In this document: positions 12,581 through 26,441 of the stretch, piece by piece | Numbering within the stretch: position 1 is the stretch's first letter | Layout: the number at the start of each line of letters is the position of its first letter | NCBI RefSeq assembly: GCF_018350175.1 | Contig: NC_058368.1 | Span: forward strand, 61,630,001-61,694,000 | Length of the DNA: 64,000 nucleotides | Direction: 5' to 3' | From: Felis catus | Taxonomy: Eukaryota | Position numbers and translations under genes: made by a program | Notes under the pieces: model-generated | The model's input: the letters and a program-made list of their open reading frames with translations, nothing else | Told to the model about the DNA's origin: nothing | Database searches by the model: none

Positions 12581-12825
12581 ATGTTAGGACATTAGGGTTT
12601 TTGTTGTTATTCCTTTCTTCTGGTGATATTATCTTCCTGGTCTTCCCTAACACTGTATACTCTCTTGATTTCCCTCCTACCACTCTGCTGACATCCCTCA
12701 ATTTCCTACTTATAGAATTCTTCTCTAATAAGGCTTCAGATAATATAATTCCACTATTTGCCACTAGACCGTGTTCCCTTCCTTCGCCTCATACTCTTTC
12801 CTGACTGTGACAAGTAAATCATGAG

Positions 12826-12828
12826 GTG

Positions 12829-12859
<31 letters not shown>

Positions 12860-12915
12860 TGTTTTTGTTTTTTTTTTTTTTTGTTTTTCTGTTTTTGTTT
12901 TTTGTTTTCTGTTTT
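12826..12915. repeat. (TTTTG)n / poly-T tract
   Basis: Direct reading. Confidence 0.92.
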
Positions 12916-13228
12916 CATCTATATGAACACAGCTGTTATATACTATAGATTTCAACCCTTTACTTGAAACCATTGAGGCTCTGTGAGCATACAAATTATG
13001 TAGCTTTCAGATTTTAGATACACCTATACTGGGTATTATAGAAATCACAACTGGTACATGGAATGACCCCATATTTATAAATATTTACATTAAGTGAGCT
13101 TAATTTTTAAAAATATTATAAGGCTCATATCCATTTAGATCATTTCATTGCCAAATGAGTTGCTACAAGTTTATGAGGTGAAATAATTTGATTTTCAAGG
13201 AACTTTAAATTTCAAATAGTGAAATAAA

Positions 13229-13399
13229 GGAGCGCCTGGGTGGCTCATTTGGTTAGGCATCCGACTTCAGCTCAGGTCATGATCTCATGGTTCGTGGGTT
13301 CGAGCCCCATGTCGGGCTCTGTGCTGACAGCTCAGAACTTGGAGCCTGCTTTGGATTCTGTGTCTCTGTCTCTCTCTGCTCCTCCCCTGCTCACACTGA

Positions 13400-13437
<38 letters not shown>

Positions 13438-13459
13438 AATAAATAAACATTAAAAAAAT
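13229..13459 (+). mobile_element. CanSINE (SINEC_Fc-like)
   Basis: Full head with A/B boxes, (CT)n and tail; diverged TSD aaatagtga/aaatactga. Confidence 0.97.
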
Positions 13460-13569
13460 ACTGACATGAGAAAATGTGGACACATAGCTCTCCTTAGATA
13501 TTCCCCTCCCCCCAAAAACCAAACCACCATCACCACCATCAATAACAACAAAAACAAATGAAGAATTTC

Positions 13570-14340
13570 CGAAGACAAATTCATGATTGTCCCTCTCTGA
13601 GCTTAACTTCTTTCTTCACCTCAGTTACCAGAACTATTAAACATTTAGTTAGTCAAACCATATACCAAATTAAATTCAAATTTTCTTTCTCTGTCACCTT
13701 CCATGTCTACTTGAGTAGTGTCCAGTGTTATTTTAAACATATGTTCAGACTTGGGGTGCACACACACCACATACACTCACACTCCACCCATTTTTTTCAG
13801 TTTCATCCCATCCTTACCACCACTATTTCCCATATTCAAACTATCCTTGTCCAACCTATACAAAGCAAAAACCTTCAAACTGATCTGCCATCATTCACCT
13901 TTGATCTCTTCCAAACGATCCCCCACCTTCAGAGACCTGCTGGTCATGCACATGCTAAAATATTCACACACAATGATATGATATCCCATGCTCTTTCCTC
14001 TACCTGGAATCAACCCTCTTTCCCTTATTAATATCTACTTAAAATAGGAGATACTACGTCTACAGGGTGCTACAAAGTTCTCCTGGATTTTGATTATTTG
14101 GGTTTTAAATCCATGATCTAAACTAAATTAGTTATGTGATATTTAACTTTTTTCTCTCAGCACTTCAGACTTATAATGTTATATTTTGTGTCATTTAATA
14201 AAATAAAATATGGTTTATATTTATCTCTACCACTGAACTGCAAACTTAAAGAAGACAAATACTATTTTAATTTAACTAATTATTATATTTTTAACAAATT
14301 ATCTCACATATGGAACATATTTTTTAGATGTACAAATAAT
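13570..14340 (+). mobile_element. L2 remnants
   Basis: Pyrimidine-rich L2-like sequence; tttatctctaccactgaactgcaaact 3' motif. Confidence 0.5.
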
Positions 14341-15486
14341 GGATCATATAAAATGCGCTGTAAAAATAATTAAATAAGTTTTTTTACTTAAAACAGATTC
14401 TTGGTCCAAGCTATTTATGTTGGTACTTTCTGGCATGTTAAGCAATAAAGTTGAAATCCTCTATATAATGTGATTTGAGTTTGTCAAATGTGTGGAAGAT
14501 GATGGCATGCACTTTCAATGCTATTTTTTAATTATCACTTATGAGTTGCACCTATAAGAAAAGAAAAAAAATATTTCCAAAAATTTATTCCTTGAATAAA
14601 GTTTAATTGAAAGCCATAACTTTATAGGGTTTAGTGTGTTTAGTCTAATATTGTTTTTAAATGCCAGACTGCCAGGCTCCCTTCCTAAAGTTCAGGGCCC
14701 ATAATAGAATTAAAATATTTATATATATTTTGAAATTGTTTGAAATATCATTTTACATAAATGGTAAAATTAATTTGGGAAATCAAAAATTGTTTGTAGT
14801 GAAATTGCAAATTCTATTATTATATTGAATACATTTTGTTTTTCGTCTGTAATAGGAAAGATACAGTTTGCTGTACATCACAAAGTCAAAAAAATCAATA
14901 TAAATTAAGTTGAAGCTGGAGAGGATAGCTCTGTTCAAAATCAGTGTTGATTTAAAAATCAATGTAAGTTTAAACAAACATGTTTTGCTTTATTGATATA
15001 ACATGCATAACAGTAGGACAGGCTAAAGAATTAAAAAAAAAAAAAGGAAACCTTGAATACCTATGTGTGCTACCACCCAATGTGCCTACAATAGATGAAG
15101 AGATATGCACATAAATAAAGGTCCAACCTGACTACCAATCAAGAAATTCAAACATGTTTGGCAAATAAAGATTCTTGTAAACCTATATTCATACTAGCAG
15201 ATATTAATTTGAATTATTTCTATTCTATAAAGTTATACCATTACATTGAACATTACATTGGTCATTGTATAAAATTATAATTTTATTATTGTTTGTAATA
15301 TGCACCCTCAGCCAAATCAGCATTTATAAGTTGGAGAAAGGAAGGTTTTTTTCTGATTATTATATAAATTTTTCTCCATTTTCTGGAAGTAACATTGTTT
15401 GCTTACAGTTTTTTTTTAAGCAACTACTCTCAGTTTCAAGACAACATTTAAAGCAAGTATTAAAGCAATTTAAGAATATAGGAGTA

Positions 15487-15705
15487 GGGGCGCCTGGGTG
15501 GCTCAGTCAGTTGAGCGTCTGACTTCGGCTCAGGTCACGATCTCACGGTCCGTGAGTTCGAGCCCCGCATCGGGCTCTGGGCTGATGGCCCAGAGCCTGG
15601 AGCCTGCTTCCGATTCTGTGTCTCCCTCTCTCTCTGCTCTTCCCCCGTTCATGCTCTGTCTCTCTCTGTCTCAAAACTAAATAAACGTTAAAATTTTTTT
15701 AAAAA
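15487..15705 (+). mobile_element. Young CanSINE (SINEC_Fc)
   Basis: CpG-rich, ctctgggctgatgg motif; TSD aagaatataggagta/aagaatatatgagaa. Confidence 0.98.
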
Positions 15706-15994
15706 AAGAATATATGAGAATACACACACTATATCTTGTAACATAACTCATTTCCTATTTACAGTTTGGGTTTTAAAGCCCCAACAATATTTCTAATGGA
15801 AAAAAGGTGTTTCTAGTTATAGCTATGCTTCTCTACCTTCAAAATCTAGTTACATTTTGTTGTTCTAAAATGGATGTGTGTGTGTTTGTGTGTGTTTCTT
15901 CACATAGATATGAAGAATAATAAAACAATTACAGATAGGTCAAACTTTCCACTCCTATATTCTAGGAGGTCACTTTAATAGGTTCTTGTATACC

Positions 15995-17100
15995 TGTCAA
16001 AAACTCGGAGATTTCTGAGACTTTACCCTACTTGCAAATTAATATGTTAGGCTATGCAAACTACACATTAGTGCAAACTAATGTGTTTTTCGTTCAGGAA
16101 AAACACACCTTGTGTGCTTTCTCCACACTCAATACTGCTACATCACTGCTTCACTTCTGAACTTCTGGTCACCAAATGTGTGACAGTTTTTCCCATACCA
16201 AACGACTCTGACACCAGCTGAATCCTACAGTTCAGTGCAGTTCTGACACTATCTGGAGTTAGTGTCAGACCTCATACGTTAAGGGCCCAGTCACACAAGA
16301 CTGCCCCCTCCCCCCGCTTCAAATGCCAGTCACAAGTCCATGTTGTGACCCATGCTTCTAACCTATTGGCTATAAATCAGTGTCCCATCACCATCTTCTT
16401 GGGTTAGATTAGTTGACTAGGCCAGCTCACAGAATTCAGGAAAACAGTTTACTTACTAGATTACTGGTTATTATAAAAAGCTATAACTCAGAACAGCCAG
16501 ATGGAAGAGTTGCATAGGACAAAATATGGGGGCAGGGGGTGGAGCTTCCATGCTCTCAGAGTGTCTCACCTATCATCTGAACATGCTTACCACCCCGGAA
16601 GCTCTCCAAACCACATCCTTTTGGTTTTCTATGGAAGCTTCATAAGACAGGCATGATTGATCAAATCATTGACCATTGGTGACTGATTGAACCTCCATTT
16701 CATCTCCCAATCCTCTAATCATATGTTTGGCTCCCCTGGCAACCAGCCCCACCCTTGGGGACTCACAAAATCACCTTAGTAGCAGAAACTAAGATGTGGT
16801 TGAAAGGACTTGTTATAAATAACAAAAGACACTTTCATTGTTTTTGTCACTTAGGAAATTTCAAGGGTTTTAGGAGATCTATGCCAAAAGTGGGGATGGA
16901 GACCAGTATATATTTCTTGTTATAAATCACAGTATCAGAGATGCCACAGTTTTCATAGATGCTGGTGGGTAATAGTAGACTTCCTGGGTCAGAGACAAGG
17001 AACTGGATTAACTGTGGCAGAGTAGGCAGCATGAACCTCCTGTTCACGTTGGATCTATATCCCACGGGAATGGAACAGATTGGGCCAGGTGAATGCAATA
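15995..17100 (-). mobile_element. ERV-L LTR of the MER73/MER74/MER54 group, split by a MER21-type LTR
   Basis: tgtcaaaaactcggagatttctgagactttaccctacttgc ... cacagttttcatagatgctgg...cctgggtcagagacaagg; reverse complement of the 3' end of the LTR at 51156-51761. Confidence 0.7.
16082..16939 (-). mobile_element. MER21B-like solo LTR
   Basis: Minus strand starts tctgatactgtgatttataacaagaaatatatactggtctcc; cacttctgaacttctggtcaccaaatgtgtg; possible 5-bp TSD tatgc/gatgc. Confidence 0.85.
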
Positions 17101-17169
17101 GATATAAGATGTAGTTTGAGCATTAAAAACCTCTAATACTTAATGATCTGGATTAGTCCACAAGAAAGA

Positions 17170-17560
17170 GTTAAGAAAAAAAAATTTCCAGAGAGCTAGA
17201 AATAAGCCTCAGTGGTGTTGTGTCATCAAAACCAAGGAGAGTATTTGGTTCTGTTGAAGTGTCTCATAAGATGAGTTGTTTAAAAATGTTGACTGAACAT
17301 AGCTTGAAGGAATACATTGGTAGATTTTTTTTGGTGGAATAATGAGAATACAGATTATGTTAGAATATATAGTTTGTAAATGGGATGAGGAAAGGTATAA
17401 TAACATGATTTTATGAAGTTTTTCTTTTTAAAAATCAGAGAGGACAATATATTCTGAGCATGTTTTAAATAAGCCAGTTGACAGAATGAAGTCAATTATA
17501 TGAGAGTGAAATGGACTGTTGATGTGCTGAGAAAAAGTAAAAGACCCAATGCACAGATAT
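17170..17560 (-). mobile_element. L2 remnant
   Basis: gtggtgttgtgtcatcaaaaccaaggagag; purine-rich L2 antisense pattern. Confidence 0.5.
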
Positions 17561-18805
17561 TTCTAGTGAAATTAAAGGTCTTTCAAAATAGGACTCTCAT
17601 ACCATCTGGAAGCAGAAATGTATGAACTAATAATTTTGGACATAGAGCAAATATAGTTAGTAATAAGGCCCAAGAAATCGTGGGAATGAGTGACTTGGGT
17701 AAATGGAAAAATAATTTATTAGAGATGAAAACAAGGAAATTGAAGGTATAGGAAATTGAGAGGATCATGTATCCGCACATTAAAATTACTCAACTTTGTG
17801 ACGGGATATGCAATGGAAAAGACTGTTAGCTAAGTGTCAAGTTAGTTAATAAATAAGCTGCAGCAAACTGCATTTTACTAGATGATGGAAATGAGATAAA
17901 AAAAAGGACGGTATATGGAAACGGAGTGAGTCAATAATTTTTTTATCGTGTAATACATGGGACTCTTGTAAGTATGTATTCATGTATACACACTCAGTAT
18001 ACATCAGAATTGATTTATAATATTGAATATCTTAACATATACTATACATAATGGCAAACTTACCATTAATAGTGTCTTAATAAACGGTAGTTTATAATTT
18101 CACATTCCAACAACTAGGAGAGAATATTCATCGTAAAAATATAAAAGCCACCCTTCAATAGTTTTCTAAATAATATTATCCGGTGTGCATATAAGCAATC
18201 ATTTCAATCAGTTATAACCTATCTCTAGTACAGTTAAATACTAATATGCTAAAAGAAAATCCATCCTTGACATTCTAGCTTGAGAATATAATAAGACAAT
18301 TTCTACATCTTGTTTCTTATTTTGCCTGAAATGTGTTTACCCAAAAGATAGTAGTTCAAACATGGTAGGAAATGAACTCTTTTTATTTATATGCTAATTA
18401 ATTATTTTTGATGAGATTTTTATTGCTCAAAAAGTAATCTATGACTCATCTCTTTTTGAAGTATTTTTAGTAAAGATAATTTTTACCTTATATGTTTGTT
18501 TTCTCCTTAATTATTTTTTCCTACATACACTTGAGTTCTTACTGCAAGTCAAGCACTGCCTTAAAGACTCAATAAATGGAAGGCTTATAGATTTTCTGTT
18601 GTTGCTCAATCTTACCCCCAAAATATTTATAATCAGTACACTTAGGAAATAGGATCACATCATTCTCACGCTTAAATGATGAGAAATTCATTTGTAGATT
18701 CTCAGGACCCTACGTAACTGTAATGTTTTTAAATGTTCTTGTTGTTGTATATGGCATGAGTCCATGCAATAAACTACTCAGCCAATAATATAGTATTTTA
18801 AAATA

Positions 18806-19022
18806 TTTTTATTAATTAATTTATTTTTAATGTTTATTTACTCTTTAGAGAGAGAGACAGGGCACAGGCAGGGGAGGGGTGAAGAGAGAGGGAGACACAG
18901 AATCTGAAACAGGCTCCAGGCTCCCTGCTGTCAGACAGAGGCTGACATGGGGCTTGGACTCTAACCACTAGATCATTACCTAAGAAGTTGGATGCTTACC
19001 TGACTGAACCACCCAGACACCC
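18806..19022 (-). mobile_element. CanSINE
   Basis: gagacacagaatctgaaacaggctccaggctc; TSD tattttaaaatatttt/tactttaaaacatttt. Confidence 0.95.
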
Positions 19023-19229
19023 TACTTTAAAACATTTTTTTAAAGCACTCAACACTGAAGGGGAAAGTACATTTTGAGCACGTGGACACATGTATAGAGC
19101 ACTTCAAAAGAAACATGTTTTTCAGGATATTCTGATTTTATGCAATTTTCAAGTCATGTACTATTTGCAATTTAGGCATCAGACATTGAGGAAATCTGTT
19201 CTATTATTGGCCAGATAATACATTATTAC

Positions 19230-19560
19230 CTAGACTTTACAAACTAGGAAAATGAGATTAGAAAGTTTACATTAATTTTCTAGGTATGTATTACTAGGAA
19301 ATTGGCAAGTCGAAAAATAAACATTTGTCTGATCTTTATTTCTATTATATTACTATAAATATCTTTAGTCACTTTTACATGCCAACCAACACTTAAGCAC
19401 TTCCCATGTTTAGCTCACCATTTATTAAGCAACTTAAGGTGCAGTTATTGTTATCCTAGTAAGAAATGAAAAGGGAGGATAAAAGTAAATTACTCACAGT
19501 CACATAACCAATAAGGATTTGAACTCAGGAAGCCTAACTGAGTTAACTCTCTCTATCTAC
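19230..19560 (-). mobile_element. MIR fragments
   Basis: aagtaaattactcacagtcacata...ggatttgaactcagg. Confidence 0.55.
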
Positions 19561-20111
19561 TTTCTTCCCAGCTCCTTTATTTGTCCTTTGTTCACCTTCC
19601 CATTTCTCTAATGTCTTCCAAAAAGCTTATGTGAACCTTATACTTTCTCAGAAACTCCATCAGAATCCATGCTTGGTGAAGCAGATGACTTCTTTTCTTT
19701 AGGCTAGCCCTAGTCTTAGGATGTTTTTCAAGGAAGACAATATAAGACCCTAGGAGATTTGCACCAGCTGTGGGTTTTTCTGCAGCTCTTTTACTCTTTA
19801 ATGAAACAAATATCAAACACGTAGCTCATTCCGCCTTATCAGATCTCCCCCACTTTTGTTTCCCTGTTAGATGTGGGCACAAAGGCACTTGGTAACAATC
19901 AGGTGATCCATGTTATTACTGCTTTTGAGTCAGAAAGCGTTGTCACTACAGAAAACCATACATATCTCCCATAGCTCATTTCAACATGGGTAGACATTTC
20001 TGTGTTCTTCAGTAGTAATATTATAATTATGAAAATTTTGGACAGAATTTTTCAATATTTTAACATGGATTTTATGTTTTCTTTTATCTTTTTTAAAAAA
20101 ATTTCCATCCT

Positions 20112-20332
20112 GGGGCGCCTGGGTGGCTCAGTCGGTTAAGCGGCCGACTTCGGCTCAGGTCATGATCTCACCGTCCGTGAGTTCGAGCCCCGCGTAGGAC
20201 TCTGTGCTGACAGCTCAGAGCCTGGAGCCTGTTTCAGATTCTGTGTCTCCCTCTCTCTGACACTCCCCTGTTCATGCTGTGTCTCTCCCTGTCTCAAAAA
20301 TAAATAATAAAAATGTTTAAAAAAATTAAAAA
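20112..20332 (+). mobile_element. Young CanSINE (SINEC_Fc)
   Basis: ggggcgcctgggtggctcagtcggttaagcggccgac; TSD aaaaatttccatcct/aaaaattttcatcct. Confidence 0.98.
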
Positions 20333-20713
20333 AAAATTTTCATCCTTTGCATAACCTGGTTCAATGGAAGGATGGCACGTTTCTGGGTCTTGATGAAGTT
20401 TGACAAAAATTTGTTTTTTTATATGGTGACTGCCATATACTCTTCACTGCTGAAACGATGCTTGTTGTATTCATAGGCCATCAACTACATCTTTTGTACC
20501 CCCTCTCAGATGTTCTTCTGTGTATTTGGCATCAGGGAAAAAATATAGGGGCTCATTCTACTTTGTTATGCCTAAATAATGTATGCTGTTACTCCTACTT
20601 TTACCTTGGGCTAAGGAATATATATAATTGTGCATTCTCTGTTTCTCCCTATATCTCTCTTACTCTTTTCTCTCTCTGTTCCTGAAATTCCCTCTCTTTT
20701 TCTCTTTCAGTTT

Positions 20714-20837
<124 letters not shown>

Positions 20838-21785
20838 AGAGGTTGTCCTGAATGGGAGGCCTTCCCTTCCATGGCCTTCTCCGATGCCTAAGTATCTTGT
20901 CTGCTCTACAATTCCCTTTCTCCAGCCTACTTTCCCTAACTTTAGAAACATGAATAGAGTCTCTGAAATATAGACAGGAATTTAATTGTAATTCTTTTCA
21001 CAATGTTCTTTTCTTATAACCAGCTCAATGATATAAGAATTAAAATATAATAATTGCCAATCATTTTTCTTGGCTTCCACCATGACACTTCCCTATACAT
21101 AACATTAGAACTCATGACTTGAAGCTCAAATGAGGGAAGCCAGTAGATTTATGCAAAGTTCTGAAAAACCCATACTGCATTTAGAACTCAAATCATATGT
21201 CATATTCTCATTCCTTTTGAGACAACTCTACCAAGGCACTCTTATTAAAGTTCAGTGTCAAATCCCACCTAGGTAATTAGCATAAATCTAGAGCAGTAGA
21301 AAGTAAGACTGACAAAAACGTCAAAGAATTTGAGATCTTACAATAGGTTAAATATTTTACAACAGTCTACAACAGTGACCACACGTGAACAACAGATGAA
21401 TATGAAAATGTTTGCCACCCTGAATCAGAGGAGAGCAACTTGTTATGTCTAATGGGGTGGAGTGCTGCAGAATTGCACCTCCCCAAGTCCAGTTACTAAA
21501 AAGGAGGATTTCCTTCTGTGGCACATGTAGGAACATCTCAGAAGTATGTAGCTCTGAGGTCTAAAGGGAACATCCAGGTGCTTAAAAGTTTTCAAAGAGA
21601 CATAATAAACAAATGGTATAAGTGAGATAATTCAGCCTGAAGCATTGTAGCTTCTAGAAATTTCTTAGCCATTTTCAATATTTCACCAGTCCTTAAAAAC
21701 ATGATGGAGCCCCCAAATATTCATTAGATTTCCTGAATGATTTTCTTACATTGAGTATGACTCAACCATTACACGGAAAGTATAT

Positions 21786-22200
21786 TTTTCAGTTGCATGT
21801 GTTAGAAGACATCACTCCAACCAACTGGCTAAAAGAATAAAAGGAAGTTATTTGCTCACATAATTGAAAAGTTCAGAACTGGAGAAGGCTGCATACAAGG
21901 CTTTATGCAGTCATTCAGTGATATCACCATTTCCATAAGGTGTGAGAAGGATTTTGTTGCATTAAACATTTAATAAAGAAATAGGTTACTCTTTATACAC
22001 ATAATCTTGAACCTTTCTATGTAGACAGGAGGATTTTGTGCACTGGAGATTTTAACTGGATGTGTAGTCCAGCGCTAATCGCTATGAAATGGGATGAGAT
22101 GACATGATTTTTACAGCCAATCAGGGGGTACCCTTAGCACTGAGGACACCATCATTCTCACCTAGGTTTTCAGCATAATTGGGCAGAGGAGGAATGAGTT
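21786..22200 (-). mobile_element. Old MaLR LTR (MLT1J/K/L-like)
   Basis: cagttgcatgtgttagaagac...aactggctaaaag...ttatttgctcacataattgaaaagttcag. Confidence 0.55.
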
Positions 22201-23625
22201 TTCAGAATGTGAAAAATATCCATTAAAGATAGACAAATAAAAAAATAATGAAAAGTTCTTCTAATTAAAAATCTCATAATTTAGGAGAACATTTCATTAT
22301 AATTCTGATTGACAGTATGGTTGTTTCTTGGTATGTTTATAGTAACAATTTTTGAGAGTTGCTCTTAGCCTTTGTCCTTTCTGATTTTATTCTTGCCTTC
22401 TTAGTAAATATGCATAGGTAGCATTTGGTCATTTGGTAGAAGTAATAAGATTGCTGAATAGCTATAGACCCTTTGCTAAGCAGGTCTATGAGTGCCAGAT
22501 ATTGATCTAGCAATGTACTGGCTCAAATCCATTTTAATTTGCTTTTCCATTTTTATCTTCCTATGGGGGGCTACATTTCTGCCTAGTATGCGAGAAAATA
22601 AACTCATTGTTAATTATAGTGCTTGTATTTCTCTATATAGCTAGCAAGAGAAGCACTGACATTGAATTCTGAGATATAAAATAATGCCCACACAGAAAAT
22701 TAATATGATTAGATTTTTTATACATGAGCCATACTCTTGTCATTTATTTAATTTCAGAAGAGATTAAAAATAGCTATATTCTACAGTCTGGAACACAGCA
22801 AGTCAAGATGGTCTTGGATAGCTACTCTGTATCACAGCACACACAATGTTACATAAGCACACTGCTGGGGTTGTGTTTGTTAGTTAGAAAATAAGACATT
22901 ATGGCACATGAATCCACACCATTTAAAATGAAAACAATCTTAGCAATAGGCAAAGTCCAAATAATTTCTTTTTCAGTTTTAAGTTTTTATTAGGCTAGAA
23001 ATAAAGCCCACTATTCATCAATTTTTTAAACACAATTGAGAGTCATTAAAATTTTGAGAGTAATCAAATTTTAAGTGTTGCCTCTGGATACTCCCATAAC
23101 ATACTGAACAGATATTGGCATTTTAAGTTTTTGGAGGGAAAATGGAAACCCTACTGAATTTGATTTTCACCAGTCTCAATATTAGCTAGTCATATCTATA
23201 TAACCTCTTGGACACTGCACACAACATATAGTAGAAATCTCACAAGACAGAATGTTAAGCAGTTAACAGATTGTCACCAGTGTCAGGAGAAAAAAACAAG
23301 GGAGGATTAATTTTAATTTCTTCCAGGGGTATAGTAGCAATTTCATTTTCAACACAAGTCAGATCAGTCTATTTATTAATACATTATATAAATTATTATT
23401 TTCAGTAATATATAAGAACATACCATATTATGCTGAATTTAGAAATAATGTTACTTTTGAACATGACAGATTGCTTAGACTTTATAATAATAAATTATGA
23501 AACATATTTATGTTTAGTCATGAAGTCATTTGACTGCTGTCAAATAACATAGTATTTTGTAAAATGTATTTAATTGCAAAATAATTAAATATGTTAAAGG
23601 TAGATTTTTTTTAGATCAAAAAAAA

Positions 23626-23841
23626 TTTTATATGATTTTTTTACATCTATTTATTTTTGAGACACAGAGATAAAGCACAAGTGGGGGAGGGACAGAGAGA
23701 GAATAAGACATAGAATCTGAAACAGGCTCCAGGCTCTGAGCTTTCAGCACAGAGCCCTACATGGGGCTCGAACTCACAAATGTGGGATCATGACCTGGGA
23801 CAAAGTCAGATGCTTAACCGACTGAGCCACCCAGGTGCCCC
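23626..23841 (-). mobile_element. CanSINE
   Basis: Ends cttaaccgactgagccacccaggtgcccc; TSD agatcaaaaa. Confidence 0.97.
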
Positions 23842-24090
23842 AGATCAAAAATTTTTAAACTGGGATCATAGTCATGTGTTACCTATTGCACATTGTCTAA
23901 AAAGCATTCTTTTAATATTTTTTATAGTTTTTGGGTTGCTTAAGGAGGAAGGTAAAACTGATCTAGAATATTCCATCATAGCCTTCTTTTCATTCACTTT
24001 ACATCTGTGTGACGTTTATTCATAAAAGCTGTTAATAAACTGTTAATCAAACACACTCTCTAAAAATACGTTATGAAAATAAAAACCTGA

Positions 24091-25885
24091 CTGCAAAACA
24101 ACAAGAACAACAACAATGTGATTCATCACATCAATAAAAGAAAGGACAAGAACCATACTATCCTCTCAATAGATGCAGAGAAACCATTTGACAAAATACA
24201 GCATCCTTTCTTGATAAAAACCCTCAAGAAAGTAGGGATAGAGGGATCATACCTTGAGATGATAAAAGCCATATACAAGAGACCCAAAAGTAATATCATC
24301 CTCAATGGGGAAAAAATGAGAGCTTTCCCCCTAAGGTCAGGAAGAAGACAGGGATGTCTACTCTCACCACTGTTATTCAACATAGTATTGGACGTCTTAG
24401 CCTCTGCAATCAGACAACACAAAGAAATAAAAGGCGTCCAAATTGGCCAGGAGGAGGTCAAACTTTCATTCTTTGCAGATGACATGATACTCTATATGGA
24501 AAAGCCAAAAGATCCCACCAAAAAAACTGCTAGAACTGATCCATGAATTCAGCAACGTTGCCGGATATAAAATCAATGCACAGATATCACCTGCATTCCT
24601 ATACACCAACCATGAAGTAACATAAAGAGAAATCAAGGACTCAATCCCATTTACAATTGCACCAAAGACCATAAAATACCTAGGAATAAATCTAAGCAAA
24701 GAGGTGAAGAATCTAAAAAAAATTTAGATTTAAAAATCTAAAAATATAGAAAAATACTGAAAAATATAGAAAGCTTATGAAAGAAATTGAAGAAGACACA
24801 CACACAAAAAAAGGAAAAAGTATTCCAGGCTCCTGGATAGGAAGAACAAATATTGTTAAAACAATCTATATATTCAATGCAATACCTATCAAAATAACAT
24901 CAGCATTCTTCACAGAACTAGAACAATCAATCCTAAAATTTGTATGGAACCAGAAAAGACCCCGAATAGCCAAAGCAATTTTGAAAAAGAAAACTAAAGA
25001 AGGAGGCATCAGAATCCCAGACTTCAAGCTGTATTACAAAGCTGTAATCATCAAGACAGTATGGTACTGGCACAAAAACAGACACTCAGATCAATGCAAC
25101 ATAATAGTGAACCCAGAAATGGACCCACAGACGTATGGCCAACTAATCTTTGACAAAGCAGGAGTGTCCAATGAAAAAAGACAGTCTCTTCAGCAAGTGG
25201 TGCTAGGAAAACTGGACAGCCACATGCAGAAAAATGAACCTGGACCACTTTCTTACACCACACACAAAAATAAACTCAAAATGGATGAAAGACCTAAATA
25301 TAAGACAGGAAGCTATCAAAATCCTTGAGGAGAAAGCAGGCAAAAACCTCTTTGACCTTGGCTGCAGCAACTTCTTACTCAACACGTCTCCAGATGCAAG
25401 GGAACCAAAACAAAAAGGAACTATTGAGACCTCATCAAAATAAAAAGCTTCTGCACAGTGAAGGAAACAATCAGCAAAACTAAAAGGCAACAGACAGAAT
25501 GGGAGAAGATATTTGCAAACGACATATCAGATAAAGGATTAGTATCTAAAATCAAAGAATTTATCAAACTCAACACCCAAAAAACAAATAATCCAGTGAA
25601 GCAATGGGCATAAGACATGAGTAGACACGTCTCCAAAGAAGACATCCAGATGGCCAACCGACACATGAAAAAATGCTCAACATCACACATCAAACCACCT
25701 CACACCTGTCAGAATGGCTAACAGTAACAACTCAGGCAACAACAGATGTTGGCGAGGATGCAGAGAAAGAGGATCTCTTTTGCATTGTTGGTGGCAATGA
25801 AAGCTGGTACAGCCACTCTGGAAAATAGTATGGAGGTTCCTCAAAGAACTAAAAATAGAACTACCCTACAACCCAGCAATTACAG

Positions 25886-25933
<48 letters not shown>

Positions 25934-26410
25934 ATACATAATTGGTATTTATCCAAGGGATGCAGGTATGCTGTTTCGAAGGGGCACATGCACCCCAATG
26001 TTTATAGCAGCACTATCGATGAATGGATAAAGAAGATGTGGTATATATAAACAATGGAGTATTACTCGGCTATCAGAAAGAATAAAATCTTGCCATTTGC
26101 AACTATGTGGATAGAACTAGAGGGTATTATGGTAAGCAAAATTAGTCAGTCAGAGAAAGACAAATATATGACTTCACTCATATGAGGACTTTAAAGATAC
26201 AAAACAGATGAACATAAGGGAAGGGACGCAAAAATAATATAAAAACAGGGAGGGGGACAAAACCTAAGAGACTCTTAAATATGGAGAACAAACAGAGGGT
26301 TACTGGAGGGGTGGTGGGGGGATGGGCTAAATGGGTAAGGGGCATTAAGGAATCTATCTACTCCTGAAATCATTGTTGCACTATATGCTAACTAACTTGG
26401 ATGTAAATTA

Positions 26411-26441
<31 letters not shown>

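Noticed and set aside
13558..14031. 157-aa ORF
   Set aside because: Lies in L2-like sequence; no recognisable domain or splice context
15487..15580. tRNA-like A/B boxes as tRNA genes
   Set aside because: They are heads of tRNA-derived SINEs, followed by (CT)n, an A tail and TSDs
19592..19816. 74-aa minus-strand ORF with protein-like composition
   Set aside because: Non-ATG start, no recognised homology, length within chance expectation
24118..26030. Reverse-transcriptase ORFs as an active retroelement or a novel RT system
   Set aside because: Ordinary L1 ORF2: 5'-truncated, frameshifted, with stops and deletions
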